Shown in pieces: positions 21,640-33,944 of a stretch of 34,709 bases of DNA. This DNA is from Octopus bimaculoides (taxonomy: Eukaryota), in the NCBI RefSeq assembly GCF_001194135.2, contig NC_068990.1, forward strand, positions 60,601,557 to 60,636,265, given 5' to 3'. The stretch's first letter is position 1, and each line of letters opens with the position of its first letter. Below the pieces are notes generated by a model, which had not been told where the DNA came from, ran no database searches, and saw only the letters and a list, made by a program, of their open reading frames with translations. The position numbers were made by a program, and so were the translations under genes.

Positions 21640-21871
21640 CTATGTGTGTCTTTGTATCTGACTTTGTCCCCCCTACTACCACTTGAGAACTGGTGCTGGT
21701 GTGTTTACAACCCCGTGAAGCAGCGGTTCGGCAGGAGAGCCCGAAAGAATAAGTACCAGACTAAACAAAATATAGGTAATGCGGTCGATTAATTCGACTG
21801 AAAATAATTCTTCAAAGCAGAGCCCCGGCAAGGCTGCAGTCAAATAACTGAAACAAATAAAAGATAAAAGA
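21640..21871 (+). mobile_element. SINE type A, 3' half
   Basis: CTGGTGTGTTTACAACCCCG...GCGGTTCGGCAGG...GCAGTCAAATAACTGAAACAAATAAAAGATAAAAGAG. Confidence 0.8.
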
Positions 21872-22989
21872 GTTTTCACGGTCAGTCAACTTGTTTTTTA
21901 ACCACATATGTTAATAAGACATCATTACTTCCACATTGTCACCTGAGATTTTTCTTAGCAAATACCCACTGCCCCTCGATAGGTATAGATGCTCTTGTTG
22001 AATCAGCAAAATTTGAAGAAAGGATGTCAACTGTGTTTGCGACCAAAACTAACAAAGAAAACCTACCTTTTGGATATCGAACTATCCATTGCGTTATAAT
22101 GCGTAAAAGGTTTCGCATGTATGGTCGTGGATTTGAATCAGAATTTTTCTGTACCCATTTCTACTGCACCAAATACCCAATTCCTTTTATGTCACTTTTC
22201 CTGGTGATGTTTTCGATGCCTGCATTTATGAAATTATGGGATTTCGCAATCTACTTTCACTTTTTACGACACCAAACTTCATATTAACTTTCTCGCTTTA
22301 CCAAAAAGGTTCAAGAAATGTAAAATTATGGATATTCGTTGTAGTAATAGTAATAGTAGCGGTAGCAGCAGCAGTAGTTGTTGTTGTTGCTGTTGAGTGT
22401 ATGTGTCCAGTGTACTGTTGTGCAACAAGCTATTTCACTTGCACATTCATATAGTCCTTAATTTTGCGTTAATAGTTATTGATGTGATTCACATACATAC
22501 AACCTGTTATCAGTGGTGTAGTTAATAGGGGTGCAAGAGGAAAGGTAAAAGATAGAGTTTTCACGATCAATCACATTTTTCAACAATTTTTTAAACTCTA
22601 TAGTTCACTTGTTTTTGTTTTTGTTAATCACATGGCCATGGAAGGCATTACTTTATTTGACCAACCTCCCATGTTTTTGAACTCTCTGTTCAATCTTTTG
22701 TGATGTGTTGGTGGCCGCTGACATCTGAACAAAAACAAACCCTGACCTCATAACCTTTCAACACTGAACAATCCTGTGCAGTTTCATCTTTATCACGTCA
22801 CACCCTCATCTATTGGTTGTAAGTTTCATACAGAATCACATTGTTACTGAAACATGAAATTAATGAATGTAGAATAGAATTACGTATATTATAATTAATG
22901 AAATATTTCGCGTAATATAAGAGAAACGAATTAAGAATTGTTTAGTATGTATCGCGGCACCTTTTTATTGTGCGCGCTTCAACTAACTA

Positions 22990-23560
22990 TAGAACCTGGT
23001 TACGCTCCTGTTTGTATGATGTGTAGAATGTTGTCTTGAGTTCCTTTGATACAGGCCCATTGCCAAACTTTGGTGCCTGGGATTGCTCCAGAATATTCTG
23101 GGTGGGCACTAAATTGTAATAATGCTAAAGTGGAGTTACGAAATAAGTGTATCACTGTTAATCTGAGAGTAGACCATTGAATAACGAGGGTACAGTGTCA
23201 TCCAGTGCACCGCCTCATTAGAGATGGGCATGTTCGGTTACCGTGGTTTGTGATGAAAAATTGGGAGCCAAGAGCCAAAACAAGACTGTCATAGTCTAAG
23301 ATCTAATGCATTATCTCACCATTGTTGTTTCTTTCTGTCGGAAAATGTGCTACTTGTGATTACTCTAAGCATATTTGTATGCTGGTATTCTTTCATTACT
23401 TTCTTCTATAGGTGTTGTGACAATTGCAGGGGAGTTATATTTTACTCCTAGTATTTTTATTTTCTTTCGGCGTGGTATAATTATGTCGCTATATGTTCTT
23501 AGTCAGAACAGATACAATGGCTATTGCTGGGCATTCTGTCACTAGCATAGCTTGAGTATG
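22990..23560 (-). mobile_element. Jockey/I-group LINE ORF2 C-terminal remnant
   Basis: Minus-strand pieces KILGVKYN, NMLRVITSSTF, RQKET and ILDYDSL resemble KILGV.YD...LNVLRAL.ST.FGQQKET...ILDYASP. Heavily decayed. Confidence 0.55.
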
Positions 23561-23621
23561 TGCCGTCACTTCTGTTTCTCGCTCCCTGACCCCACAAAAA
23601 AGTGCCCCCCTCCCAGCCATG

Positions 23622-23949
23622 CTAGTGCATTCCGTCGGCTACGACGACGAGTGTTCTAGTTGATCAGATCAACGGCACAGCTTACGATTGAAATTAACAT
23701 GCAAGTGATTGAGCACTCCACAGATATGCGTACCCTTAACACAGTTCTCAGAGAGATTCAGCATAACACAGAATGTGACAAGGCTGACCCATTGAATTAC
23801 AGGTACAATTCATTTTTTGTCATCTGAGCAGACTGGAGAAACGTGAAATAAAGTGTCTTACTCAAGAGCAAAACGCGCAGCCGGGAATCGAATTTACGAC
23901 CTTATGATCGTGGGACAAATACACTAACCACTAAGCCACACACCTTCAC
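23622..23949 (-). mobile_element. SINE type C, full length
   Basis: Reverse-complement match to 33339-33663, including head GTGAAGGTGTGTGGCTTAGTGGTTAG and core AAGACACTTTATTTCACG. Confidence 0.85.
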
Positions 23950-23999
23950 AAAGGCTATAGTAGTGTTGTTTTTAACCTGTTATCACGGAGTGCTACTTT

Positions 24000-24275
24000 T
24001 AGCCAGTTTCCTAGGTGACTCACATAGGGTTAGAGTAGTTGCGTAGCAGTGTGTATAGAGCAGTGGGAGATGTGTGATCTCATCAGCTCATGTGGCCATC
24101 TGTATGTTTTGTGGTAATATGGGTTGTCTAGAGTGGCATTTAGGATGGGTCCCTGTGACGTTTCATTCGGAAAGTTAAAGGTTCTGGAAGTGTTGCTCTT
24201 GTACATTTCACAAACTTGGCAGGACGTTTTGTATTGTTCCTTAAGGCGGCATTTAGTATATTTTGTATGAGTGAA
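24000..24275 (-). mobile_element. Jockey/I-group LINE remnant (post-RT region)
   Basis: Minus strand ILNAALRN...KCTRATLPEPL resembles QNAALR.ITGCTR.TP.EHL. Confidence 0.45.
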
Positions 24276-24566
24276 AAACAGAATACAGCTGAAATCTTTA
24301 CTGAAGTCGATGGTAGTTAGAATGATTTTAAAGTTTATCTCTACAGATTTTCTATATAGTTTAAAGCCAGCACTGAAAGTTATCTTTCGTATATGAATAC
24401 GTTTATGTAAACAATGCGATCAAAAATAGAAAAATAAAAAATGAATGTATATGCATATTTCATCAGACCACATCCAACCTATCAACTGTCCACGAACGCA
24501 TTGCTAAAATATCCGCGAAGTTTAGCGGTGTAACACTATAGGATAGACTAATTCATTTATTAAGTA

Positions 24567-24679
24567 TCCTTGGCAACTGGTACGTAAATGTTAATTGCTA
24601 GTAAGGACACAGTATTTCGTTTGAAACAAAACATTTTTGTCCTTCCTGGTAATTAATATTTACGTACCAGTTGCCAGGA
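24567..24679. mobile_element. Near-palindromic mini-MITE or hairpin
   Basis: Arms of ~42 bp, TCCTTGGCAACTGGTACGTAAATGTTAATTGCTAGTAAGGACA and (reverse complement) TCCTGGCAACTGGTACGTAAATATTAATTACCAGGAAGGACA, around a ~30-bp loop. Confidence 0.7.
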
Positions 24680-24699
24680 ATGGTAATTATATATATATC

Positions 24700-25200
24700 T
24701 TTAATCTTTTTCCCGTCGCTGTTGTTGAATCCATTATGCATTTTCTGTGTTGTGATAGCAAGAAGGGTGGTGGGTAAGTCTGAATTGCGATTTGGAGCGA
24801 ATAATGTGTGAGGTAGTGATGTTAAGTATTAGCCTTTCTAGAAATTATTAGGGTATGTATAAAAGGGTTCATAGGTCTGTATGATATTACTTTAGTTCAG
24901 TTTTGGTTGAGCTTTAGAACTTCTAGATTCTGAAAATTTGATGACGTTGGTATAAGTAGGTGTTAGATTTTTGCGAGTGGACTGATTTTATCTTTCAAAG
25001 GCCTAGGTATTTAGATATATTTTTACGGTCTTGTCAGGACCCACAAGGCTTTTGTGGATGTATCAAGAGTTTTCTCACGAGGACTTGATACTATAGATGA
25101 AAAGGAAATCCTCAAAAGTCAGAGATTGCGATGTTTTGTAGGAGACGAAATAGGAATGTATACTGTCGACTCCTTTTTCTTTAATAGTCCTAAGAGCATT
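24700..25200 (-). mobile_element. Jockey/I-group LINE reverse transcriptase N-terminal remnant
   Basis: Minus-strand pieces VSNALRTIK, GPD, IPRPLKD, SYRP, LERLILN and TTLLAITTQKMHNGFN are RT domain 0-2 motifs, with frameshifts. Confidence 0.7.
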
Positions 25201-25516
25201 AGAGACATGTATGAATGAAATAAAAATGGTTTCAATAAACACGAAATGGTTCGTCAAAAACAATCACGAAGTTTTTTGTACTTAACTAAATGTCGAAAAA
25301 ATATAATAAATAAAAAAAAAACATGAGACGTAACAACAAATAGGCATGGTCACAACAACAACAAATACTAACTTTCACCGATATAATATTCATGCACATA
25401 AAGACTCATTGAAACGTTTGCTATTAGAACATCGTATACACATATGCAAGTGGGTGCAAGCGTGTTCGTTTTCCAGCCATGTGGTTTGAGTTTGATCCCA
25501 ATACTTGGTACCTTGA

Positions 25517-25518
<2 letters not shown>

Positions 25519-25561
<43 letters not shown>
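25519..25561. repeat. (TA)n microsatellite after a degenerate SINE A head (~25445-25518)
   Basis: Pure TA run preceded by TTCCAGCCATGTGGTTTGAGTTTGATCCCA...TACCTTGAGCA. Confidence 0.85.
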
Positions 25562-25564
<3 letters not shown>

Positions 25565-25824
25565 TTCTAAAATAGGATAAAATTTTTTCCCCAAAAAATT
25601 TCATCGAAATGGTCAGCATATTAAAATACGTTTAAAAGTGAAAATTATAAACAAGGGTAAAAGAAAAAAGATTTCTATGCCAATATGCTGAGAATAGACT
25701 TGAAATCGTTAACCACCACATTACAATGTGAATGAATATTGTAATGTGGTGATTGACGATTTAAAGTCTATTCTCAGCATATTGGCATATAAATCTTTTT
25801 TCTTTTGCCCTTGTTTATAATTGT

Positions 25825-25858
<34 letters not shown>

Positions 25859-26332
25859 GCACATATATAATACATACATACAAACACCAATGTATTTCGA
25901 CAAATGCAAGAGGAAGAGGACATCTATGGACTACTGACAAGGGGTTTACAAATCCAGTACACACAATTCACTTTCAGCTTCATACCTGTTATCCATTGGA
26001 GCAACAGGAAACGCACCAACCCGTTTGGAGCAAAGTATGGCTGAACTCGGGTTCTGCGCGGGAGAGAACGCAATCTTTAATCCATACTCTCTGAATGAGC
26101 ATGATATTTGAGATTATAAAAATCTGTAAGACCTTTAGATTTAAAGGATGATGGTTAAAATAAGATGTTTCCCTTCACAACCTTGCTACCAAGAAGTTGG
26201 CCGGTCAAGATTTATTCTAAATTAAAAATAGAAAGAGAACATAAATATGTGTGTGTTAAAAATCTAGTAAATGCAATTGAGATGGTATCAAATTAAAATA
26301 ACCATTATACTTAATGAATGCACACCGTTTTA

Positions 26333-26600
26333 GGCCAGTTGCTGTAGTATTTGTTCCAAAATGACATCTCTTGTGGACGTGCAGTGTTAAAAGCAATAAC
26401 TATCAGGAGACCAAGCTTCGACATAGCAGTGACTAGCTGGAATACCAGAGGCAGTTCGGTCTTTTGGGGTTTTTCCAATGACATGTACTCGCAGCTAGCT
26501 GCGTACTTGGACGATGATGTGTCGCCTCCGATATATATTTCTTTTTAACATTGTACGTTTATAAGATATGTTATCTCAGTTGAATATGCTGCAACTGGCC
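26333..26600. mobile_element. Candidate non-autonomous DNA transposon (268 bp)
   Basis: TA|GGCCAGTTGC ... GCAACTGGCC|TA, a perfect 10-bp TIR with TA on both flanks. Confidence 0.4.
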
Positions 26601-27689
26601 TATCAATGGTGTATATACATTAAGTATGATATATAGATTGCTATATACATATATGTTTACTTTTTATGTTGTGATTTTAAAGCCAGTTTTAGAATAACAC
26701 TTGAACATTTACTGATGGAAGGGCTCAATACTAAAAGTAGAGTCAGATTTATCATAAAATTAGATTTGTCTGAGACATTAAATTTCATCTAACGTTTTAT
26801 TCGACCAGTCAGGCAGAATAAGCCATCAGGTGGAAGTTGAATTCCCAATCAAAACTAATCATGTATACTTGCATTCATACAAACATACATATATAAGATA
26901 TGTGTTCGTCTGTCGTTATCGACGATGACTTAGGACATTACATGGGAGAAGACGGGGCACGGTGTGTCCGGCTGAGGCCAATCAGTCCGATGGGGTGTTT
27001 GAGTAGGGTAGTACTTCTGACGGAGTAATATGTGGTTTTCTTCAGATTTGTTTGTCCATTTTGATCCTCACCTGACATCCGGCTCTCACTTGTGGTTACT
27101 CGAAGCTGACTGCAGGCAACAGCAGTCACATCCCGAGCAACGAATTCCAACAGGCCGGCCTAACCATGGTGAGGGTAGCCGATGGCTTTCAAACCGTCGG
27201 TGAACTAGGGCTTGTCTGCTTATGCATGTAAATACAAGATCCAGCGGACTGTGCAGAGGAAACCAACAGATACATACATATACCGATAGCACAGCTGCAC
27301 AGTTAACAACATACAAGGTTCAGTTCTTGTAGGCGATGTAATAAGTTTTTAATGAAGTAATACCTACTAACCAACCAACCAATCAAACAAACAACGGTAC
27401 ACATTTTTCAATGAATTTTTGTAATTCCTCAAAAGTATCTATGTGTCTTTCTCTCACCGAAGGATATAAACATTTGCGAGAAACCCAGAGCTTTTCGAAC
27501 AATGAGTTACAGTAGTAGCTCCCTTTTCACTGTCGTCGCCAGAAATGTAGTGAACCGGAGCCTGGTCCCATTGGAAACCTGTAACCAACGACGCTTTTAT
27601 CTCGACAAACTGTAATATAAAATAAAATAAATTAAGAAATAGTTGTCGCGCACGCGCACACATTCAGGCCTACACAATTTCGCGCATGC

Positions 27690-27772
27690 ATAGACACATA
27701 CATATTTCTATCTATCTATCTATCTAAAGACATACATTTGTATACACACACACACACATATATATGTATGTA

Positions 27773-27812
<40 letters not shown>

Positions 27813-27870
27813 CGCATGTGTGTGGTGGTAGTGTATATTGTGTATGTGTATGGTGTGTGTGTATTGTGTT
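27690..27870. repeat. Compound (CTAT)/(CA)/(TA)/(GT) microsatellite
   Basis: Seen directly. Confidence 0.9.
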
Positions 27871-28340
27871 GTGTAACATTTATTTTTGCGTTATATGAAA
27901 TGTCATCTGCTGTAATGATTTACTCCATTCGGTTTAGAATCAATGAAAAATATTTTCGTCTGTAGTATTTTAATTCAATCTTGCTGCTCCCTAATCGTAT
28001 CTCTGCACCCCACCCCATCACCAACAGAGCCGAAATTTATGCATTCTGGGCACAGACTGATAGTGTTGGCTGTCTATAGCAATATTGCTACTAGCATTCA
28101 ACATATTTACTACTACAAGTGAAAACCATCCGGAATTGTGAGAAAGAATTTTTTTCTTCCGCTTTTGTTCTAATTCTTTCGATTTATTGCACCCAAAACA
28201 ACTTCGATATAACCCTAATTGCAGTTCATTTTAAACATATATATATNNNNNNNNNNNNNNNNNNNNNNNNNNNNNNNNNNNNNNNNNNNNNNNNNNNNNN
28301 NNNNNNNNNNNNNNNNNNNNNNNNNNNNNNNNNNNNNNNN

Positions 28341-28371
<31 letters not shown>

Positions 28372-29234
28372 AATCATCTTATCCCTTTGACATCACACCC
28401 AGCGCCTTATTGTTTCTGCTAGAGGTTTATTACGATGCTACAAAAATATCTCCACTCGAGACAGACATACAAGCTGCACGCATTAACATATCTATGAAAT
28501 ATGGTGATATCGTAGTTTATATTATAAGATAATCCAACTCAAATAGACATGGCGATAAAAATACATGTTTATTACGCACATACATTCAGTTATCTACATA
28601 AAATTGGATTGCCCGGTTAAGCCGATGCGCTATCCTAACGACTACTATATGGTGTGTTTTTCCTACTTTCTTCTTTCTTTTTGTGCTTGCTTTAATGCAA
28701 GAGACTTAGCTTGTTTTCTTCTGTTTACTTTCGTGTCATTACTGTTTCTGTGACATATTGAAAGTGATAATAGTTTGTCAGCGACCGAGAGACGAAGTAC
28801 CTGCCTTCTTCACCCACTTCTCTCTCTTCCTATCTTAATCCCTTTCTTTTCCCTAACCTTTTCTCTCTCTCCACTGGCTTTTTCATCCACGCTCTAAGGA
28901 ATAATTATATGTATATCTGTCTATGTCTGCATGTGTTCAGATTCTCCGTCCTCCTCACCTGTTTGCCCAGATGTTCGCCCTCAAAGGGCACTCTCTCTCT
29001 TTCTTTCACTTTATGCCGTGTGGTGGTGGTGGTGGTCGTGGGGGTTTGGGAGGGGGGAGGGGGCTGACGTCGTTGCATGCAGACGTTTGTTAGCTTTCTG
29101 CCATGTGGATGCCGCCAGCGAATATATTAACATGATCAACTGCTGTCACAGCAAAATGATCCCATTTTACCAGCTTATTACAACAACACTAAATAAATTC
29201 AAAATCATTAATCTTGTTTTATATAGCGTTATTC

Positions 29235-29735
29235 TCCATACATGTGTGTGTGTGTGTGCAGATGTATTTACAGAAAAATATACACATACATGCATATACA
29301 GTATATGTAAATACACACACAAACGCACATATATACATATTCACATGTATATACAGATAAATATACACACGTATACATCAGCTCATTGTATTTTATATTA
29401 CATTATATATTACATGGGTGTATACATACATTCATACATAAATTCATACATACATACATACATATATACATACATACACTTATATACTATGGATTATTTA
29501 TAATGTATACTACATTATGCATATTTACTATATATATATATTAGTGTGGGTGTATATACTATATACATCACTATGTTCATATAGTATATAAATGTATGTG
29601 TGTGTGTGTGTATTATATGATTGAACGCCACGCATCCTCTTCCAAGTAAGTTCTATCTATCTATCTATCTATATATATATATATATATATATACATACAT
29701 ACATATATTTACATATATATATTATACACGTGTGT
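29235..29735. repeat. Long degenerate TA/CA low-complexity tract
   Basis: Seen directly. Confidence 0.85.
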
Positions 29736-31699
29736 GTATTGCCATTTGGCAAGAAATGTACATTAGAAAATAGAATGACAATTTTTAATAAATCAGAAAC
29801 ATTTTAAGACAATAAATATACATTATAAAAATTTTCTTTAAAATTACTGTCCTTTATGGGAATGTTAGTGTAAAAGTTGGTGGTGTGCAAGCTTGTGTCA
29901 TGAAGTATAAGTCCGTGTTGGTTTGTGTGTGAATGAGGGGAAGGTGTACGTCTTATCGAAGAGCAGTGGATGCCAGCTACCAACGAGCACGGAGTGCAAA
30001 ATGACATTAGCACGGTAAATAATAATCCAGTATTACTACTGTATATACATCATTGTTATCTTTCTACCTTTCTCCAGCTTTGTAGCTGTAGTAGCTTTCG
30101 ATGGATTGAAGCAGTCTTAAAGTATCATCTACCCGATCGTCAACAGGTGGTGATGGTCATCACTCCTTTATACTGACATAAGCTGTGTGTAGAAATCTGT
30201 CAACGCATTTCATTTCGCATCTTGTTTTAGAAGCAGCGACTGCTGCCGAAATATCTCAGCTGCTAGTCAAGATCATTTCGTTTGCCATCATCGTTATTTT
30301 TTGTTTCATAATATCGTTTTTTTTTCCTCATCATCATCTATGGTTTGTTTGTGTTCGTGTCTTTTCAATACATTTATTATAGAAACGAAACAGTAATGTC
30401 GGTGTTTTTATTGTTTGTGTCTGTTAGTGAGTCTCTATTGCTTTAAATGAGTCACAGCGAAATAGTCGCTGTCAGGCTCAGCGATACTCCTCTTTCAATT
30501 TCTATAAGCGCTACTAGAATACACAAATACATGCAGGAATTTCTTCGACTTCACTCGCTTTCTGTTCAGGTTATTCTTCATTTCTCTTTATTTATGTATA
30601 AACAAAACAAATAACATTAATAATATAACATTTTTTGAAATCAGTTTCTGTTAAAAATGATAATCGATTCGATAGTTTTCCTTGAAATCTATGGCTTTCG
30701 TAAATATATATTGGGTGTCTGTCAGAAAGGGGATGTTTCCGCATAGGTATGTGACATTTTCTCTGGAATTTACCCCTTTCCCTTGTCTTTTCATGAACAT
30801 TGTATACATGTTCTTATCTCTGAATACTTAGTATTTATAACTGTCATGAAGTAGTGTTTATATCATATTTCTATTTTCTGTAATATTTGTTTACATCCAA
30901 GTATTTTCCTTCTCTCCTCATATCATTAGTTTCACTTCCTGTGCGACAACACTACTACACTCTGATAAATATGTCATTTCTAACTACATTTTAGCACGTG
31001 TTGGTTTTTCTAGCTTTATGTTTATCTCTCCCTTTTGCTCTCTCGCTCATCTCTAACAATTAAATACCTATATAATTTCTGTTTTATCAACCATTTCTAT
31101 AAAACTTCAACATTATATTCAGTCTGTGTACACTTTTCGAAGATTGTGTTTCGTCGGACCCATTCTGTAAGATCCTTTCTGCTACATATGGAATAATTAT
31201 AGAGAAAAAAAAAGCGATGTTTTTTCCTCCCGTTAATTACTATTTCATTTATGATATTTCCAAAGTTTTAATTAATGACTATGACAAACAGATCATTCCC
31301 CCGAATTCCCTACAAAAGGGAGAAAGTTATTCAAATATAAATGTGCTAAATATCCCTAAATATTTCCCCCTGCGAAATGAGAATGCGGTACTGCAACCTA
31401 ATGGGTAGAATTTGCGGTGAAACATTTAGTTTATTGCCTGAATGTTTATTAATATGTGCATATATGTTTGAATTAGAAGTAGGTTTTGCAAGAGTTTTAT
31501 CAAATAATTAATTTCCCAAACAGGTAGATTATGCGGAGTCACTATTTACTATCTATATTTTCTATCTGGATTTACTAAGTGATCCATTTATGGGTGATTA
31601 ACTCTTTGCACTTCAAAGAAGAGACAGAAATGAGAATTGTGATATTCAGAACTTTTTCTGTGTGGGAATACGCATATAAATCTAGTGTGGGATTAAGAG

Positions 31700-31820
31700 A
31701 ATCGTCATAGCTTCGGCGGCTCTCTTTACTCAATAAGTTCAAATCCCAGCAGGGTTACCTTTGCCTTTCATTATCCCGAGGTCGATTAAATAAAGTATTA
31801 GTTAAATATTTGGGCCGATT
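31700..31820 (+). mobile_element. SINE type B remnant
   Basis: AAGTTCAAATCCCAGC...CTTTGCCTTTCATTATCCCGAGGTCGATTAAATAAAGTA. Confidence 0.6.
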
Positions 31821-32680
31821 TTTATAAAGCATAGAATAGAATTAAACAGACGACAAAATAACTTGTCAGGGCCTTTTCCCCATCGCCGTGCGTATATTAA
31901 ATATATTGTAAATTAATTTGTATATGAAGCCTATCATTTGCTTTCTTTGTAGCTGTCATTGACTACCAGACAAGAAATGAGAAATAATGATGATAATAAT
32001 TATAATAAAGTTAAATATTTAGTGAGATTGACTCGGATGTTTCAACGATGATGATGGTAATGATTAGAACTATGGGAAGGAAACATATCCCCTCCTCACC
32101 CAAGTACTTTACTGCATTGCTAAGTGCTTATTGCATTCTCTGCTGAGCTATAATCGATTATGTAGTATCAGAGATACCAAAGCAATTCTCTAGTTCGAAT
32201 CCAATAACGTTAGGGATATTTTATTGATAACGTTCAGTTGCATGTATGTTACACAGGGGAGTTGTAGGATTGTTAGCGTTTCTATTCCTTTTTAATTTCC
32301 TATGATTCAAAATCTTAGCATTTTTCTCATTCAATATAATGCGAAGATTTTGGTTATAAAATTTAGATTATTACCACTAAAAGAAGTGGCAGAAGAGTAA
32401 CAACAGAGTGACGGTTTAAAGATATTATACTTCGTAAGGTCCCTTTAGTTCTGAGATCAAATTTCACCTCTTCTAAGGGCTGTCATTTCTCCAGGGTCAA
32501 ATAAGAAAAAGTACGGATCAACTAACTACCAGCAAGCACCTCTTACAATCGCAACAGTTGATTCAACGAGGTAGCATCTACGCAGTCGCTCGATCAGCTA
32601 GAAATAACAGCCAAATATTCTTATAATCGTAAACTACCTTCTTGAAAAAGACTTATACAAGGATGTTGTTATAGATCTTT

Positions 32681-32909
32681 TATCCTTTACTTGTTTCAGT
32701 CGTTAGACTTCGGCCATGCTGGGGTACCGCGTTGAAGGGTTTTTTTAGTCGAACAAATCGACTCCAGGACTTTTATTTTAAGGTCTGATACTTATTCTAT
32801 CGTTTCTTTTGCCGAACTGCTAAGTCACAGGAACGTAAACACACCAACACCGGTGAACGTGGGGGGAAACAGAGACACAAAGACACACACACGTACACAC
32901 ATACAAATA
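32681..32909 (-). mobile_element. SINE type A, 3' half
   Basis: CTTGTTTCAGTCGTTAGACTTCGGCCATGCTGG...GCCGAACTGCTAAG...GTAAACACACCAACACCGG. Confidence 0.85.
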
Positions 32910-32910
32910 T

Positions 32911-33056
32911 ATGGAGTAGCTGTGTAGTAAGTAGCATGGTTCTGGGTTCAGTTCCACTGTGTGGTACTGTGGGCAAGTTTCTTCTACTATAGCCTTAGGC
33001 CGACCAAAGCCTTGTGAATGGATTTGATAGACGGAAACTGAAAGAAGCCCGTCGTA

Positions 33057-33115
<59 letters not shown>

Positions 33116-33330
33116 ATGATGTTTGTGTGTCTGTGTTTGTCTCCCAACATCGCTTGACAACCGATGTTTGTGTGTTTAGGTCCCCGTAACCTAGCGGTTC
33201 GGCAAAAGAGACCAATAGAATAAGTATTAGGCTTACAAAGAATAAGTCCTAGGGTTGATTTGCTCTGCTCATGGTGGTGCTCCAGCATAGCCACAGTCAA
33301 ATGACTGAAATAAATAAAAGAGAAAAGAAT
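32911..33330 (+). mobile_element. SINE type A, full length
   Basis: Head, CAAAGCCTTGTGAATGGATTTG block, (TA)n, 3' block and tail. Confidence 0.9.
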
Positions 33331-33338
33331 ATGTGTGT

Positions 33339-33663
33339 GTAAAGGTGTGTGGCTAAATGGTTAGGCCATTGGTTCACAATTGTAAGATTCGTGAGTTCAA
33401 TTCTCGGTGACGCATTGTGTCCTTGAGCAAGACACTTTTATTTCATATTGCTCCAGTCCACTCGGCTGGCAAAAATGTGTAGTACCTGTATTTCAAAAGG
33501 GCCAGCCTTATCACATTCTGTGTCACACTGAAGTTCCCAGTGAACTATGTTAAGGATATGCGTGTCTGTGGAGTTATCAGCCACTGCACGTTAATTGCAC
33601 GAGCAAGCTGTTCCATTGATCGCATCAACTGGAACCCTCCTTGTTGTAACCAACGGAGTACCA
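33339..33663 (+). mobile_element. SINE type C, full length
   Basis: tRNA-like head (GTGTGGCTAAATGGTTAGG...GAGTTCAATTCTCGG), TGTGTCCTTGAGCAAGACACTTTATTTC core, and a body matching 23622-23949. Confidence 0.85.
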
Positions 33664-33664
33664 G

Positions 33665-33665
33665 A

Positions 33666-33704
<39 letters not shown>

Positions 33705-33782
33705 TATATATACATATATATACATATATATAAATATACACACACCTATATATAAATATATATATATATATATGTGTATATA

Positions 33783-33843
<61 letters not shown>

Positions 33844-33902
33844 NNNNNNNNNNNNNNNNNNNNNNNNNNNNNNNNNNNNNNNNNNNNNNNNNNNNNNNNN
33901 NN

Positions 33903-33944
<42 letters not shown>

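Noticed and set aside
28931-29503. 190-aa ORF, the longest gap-free ORF in the window
   Set aside because: Low complexity; the second half is TA/CA microsatellite (YIH/THT runs) and no domain is recognisable.
5998-33420. tRNA genes suggested by A/B-box-like motifs
   Set aside because: All are SINE heads continuing into SINE bodies; no complete cloverleaf is evident.
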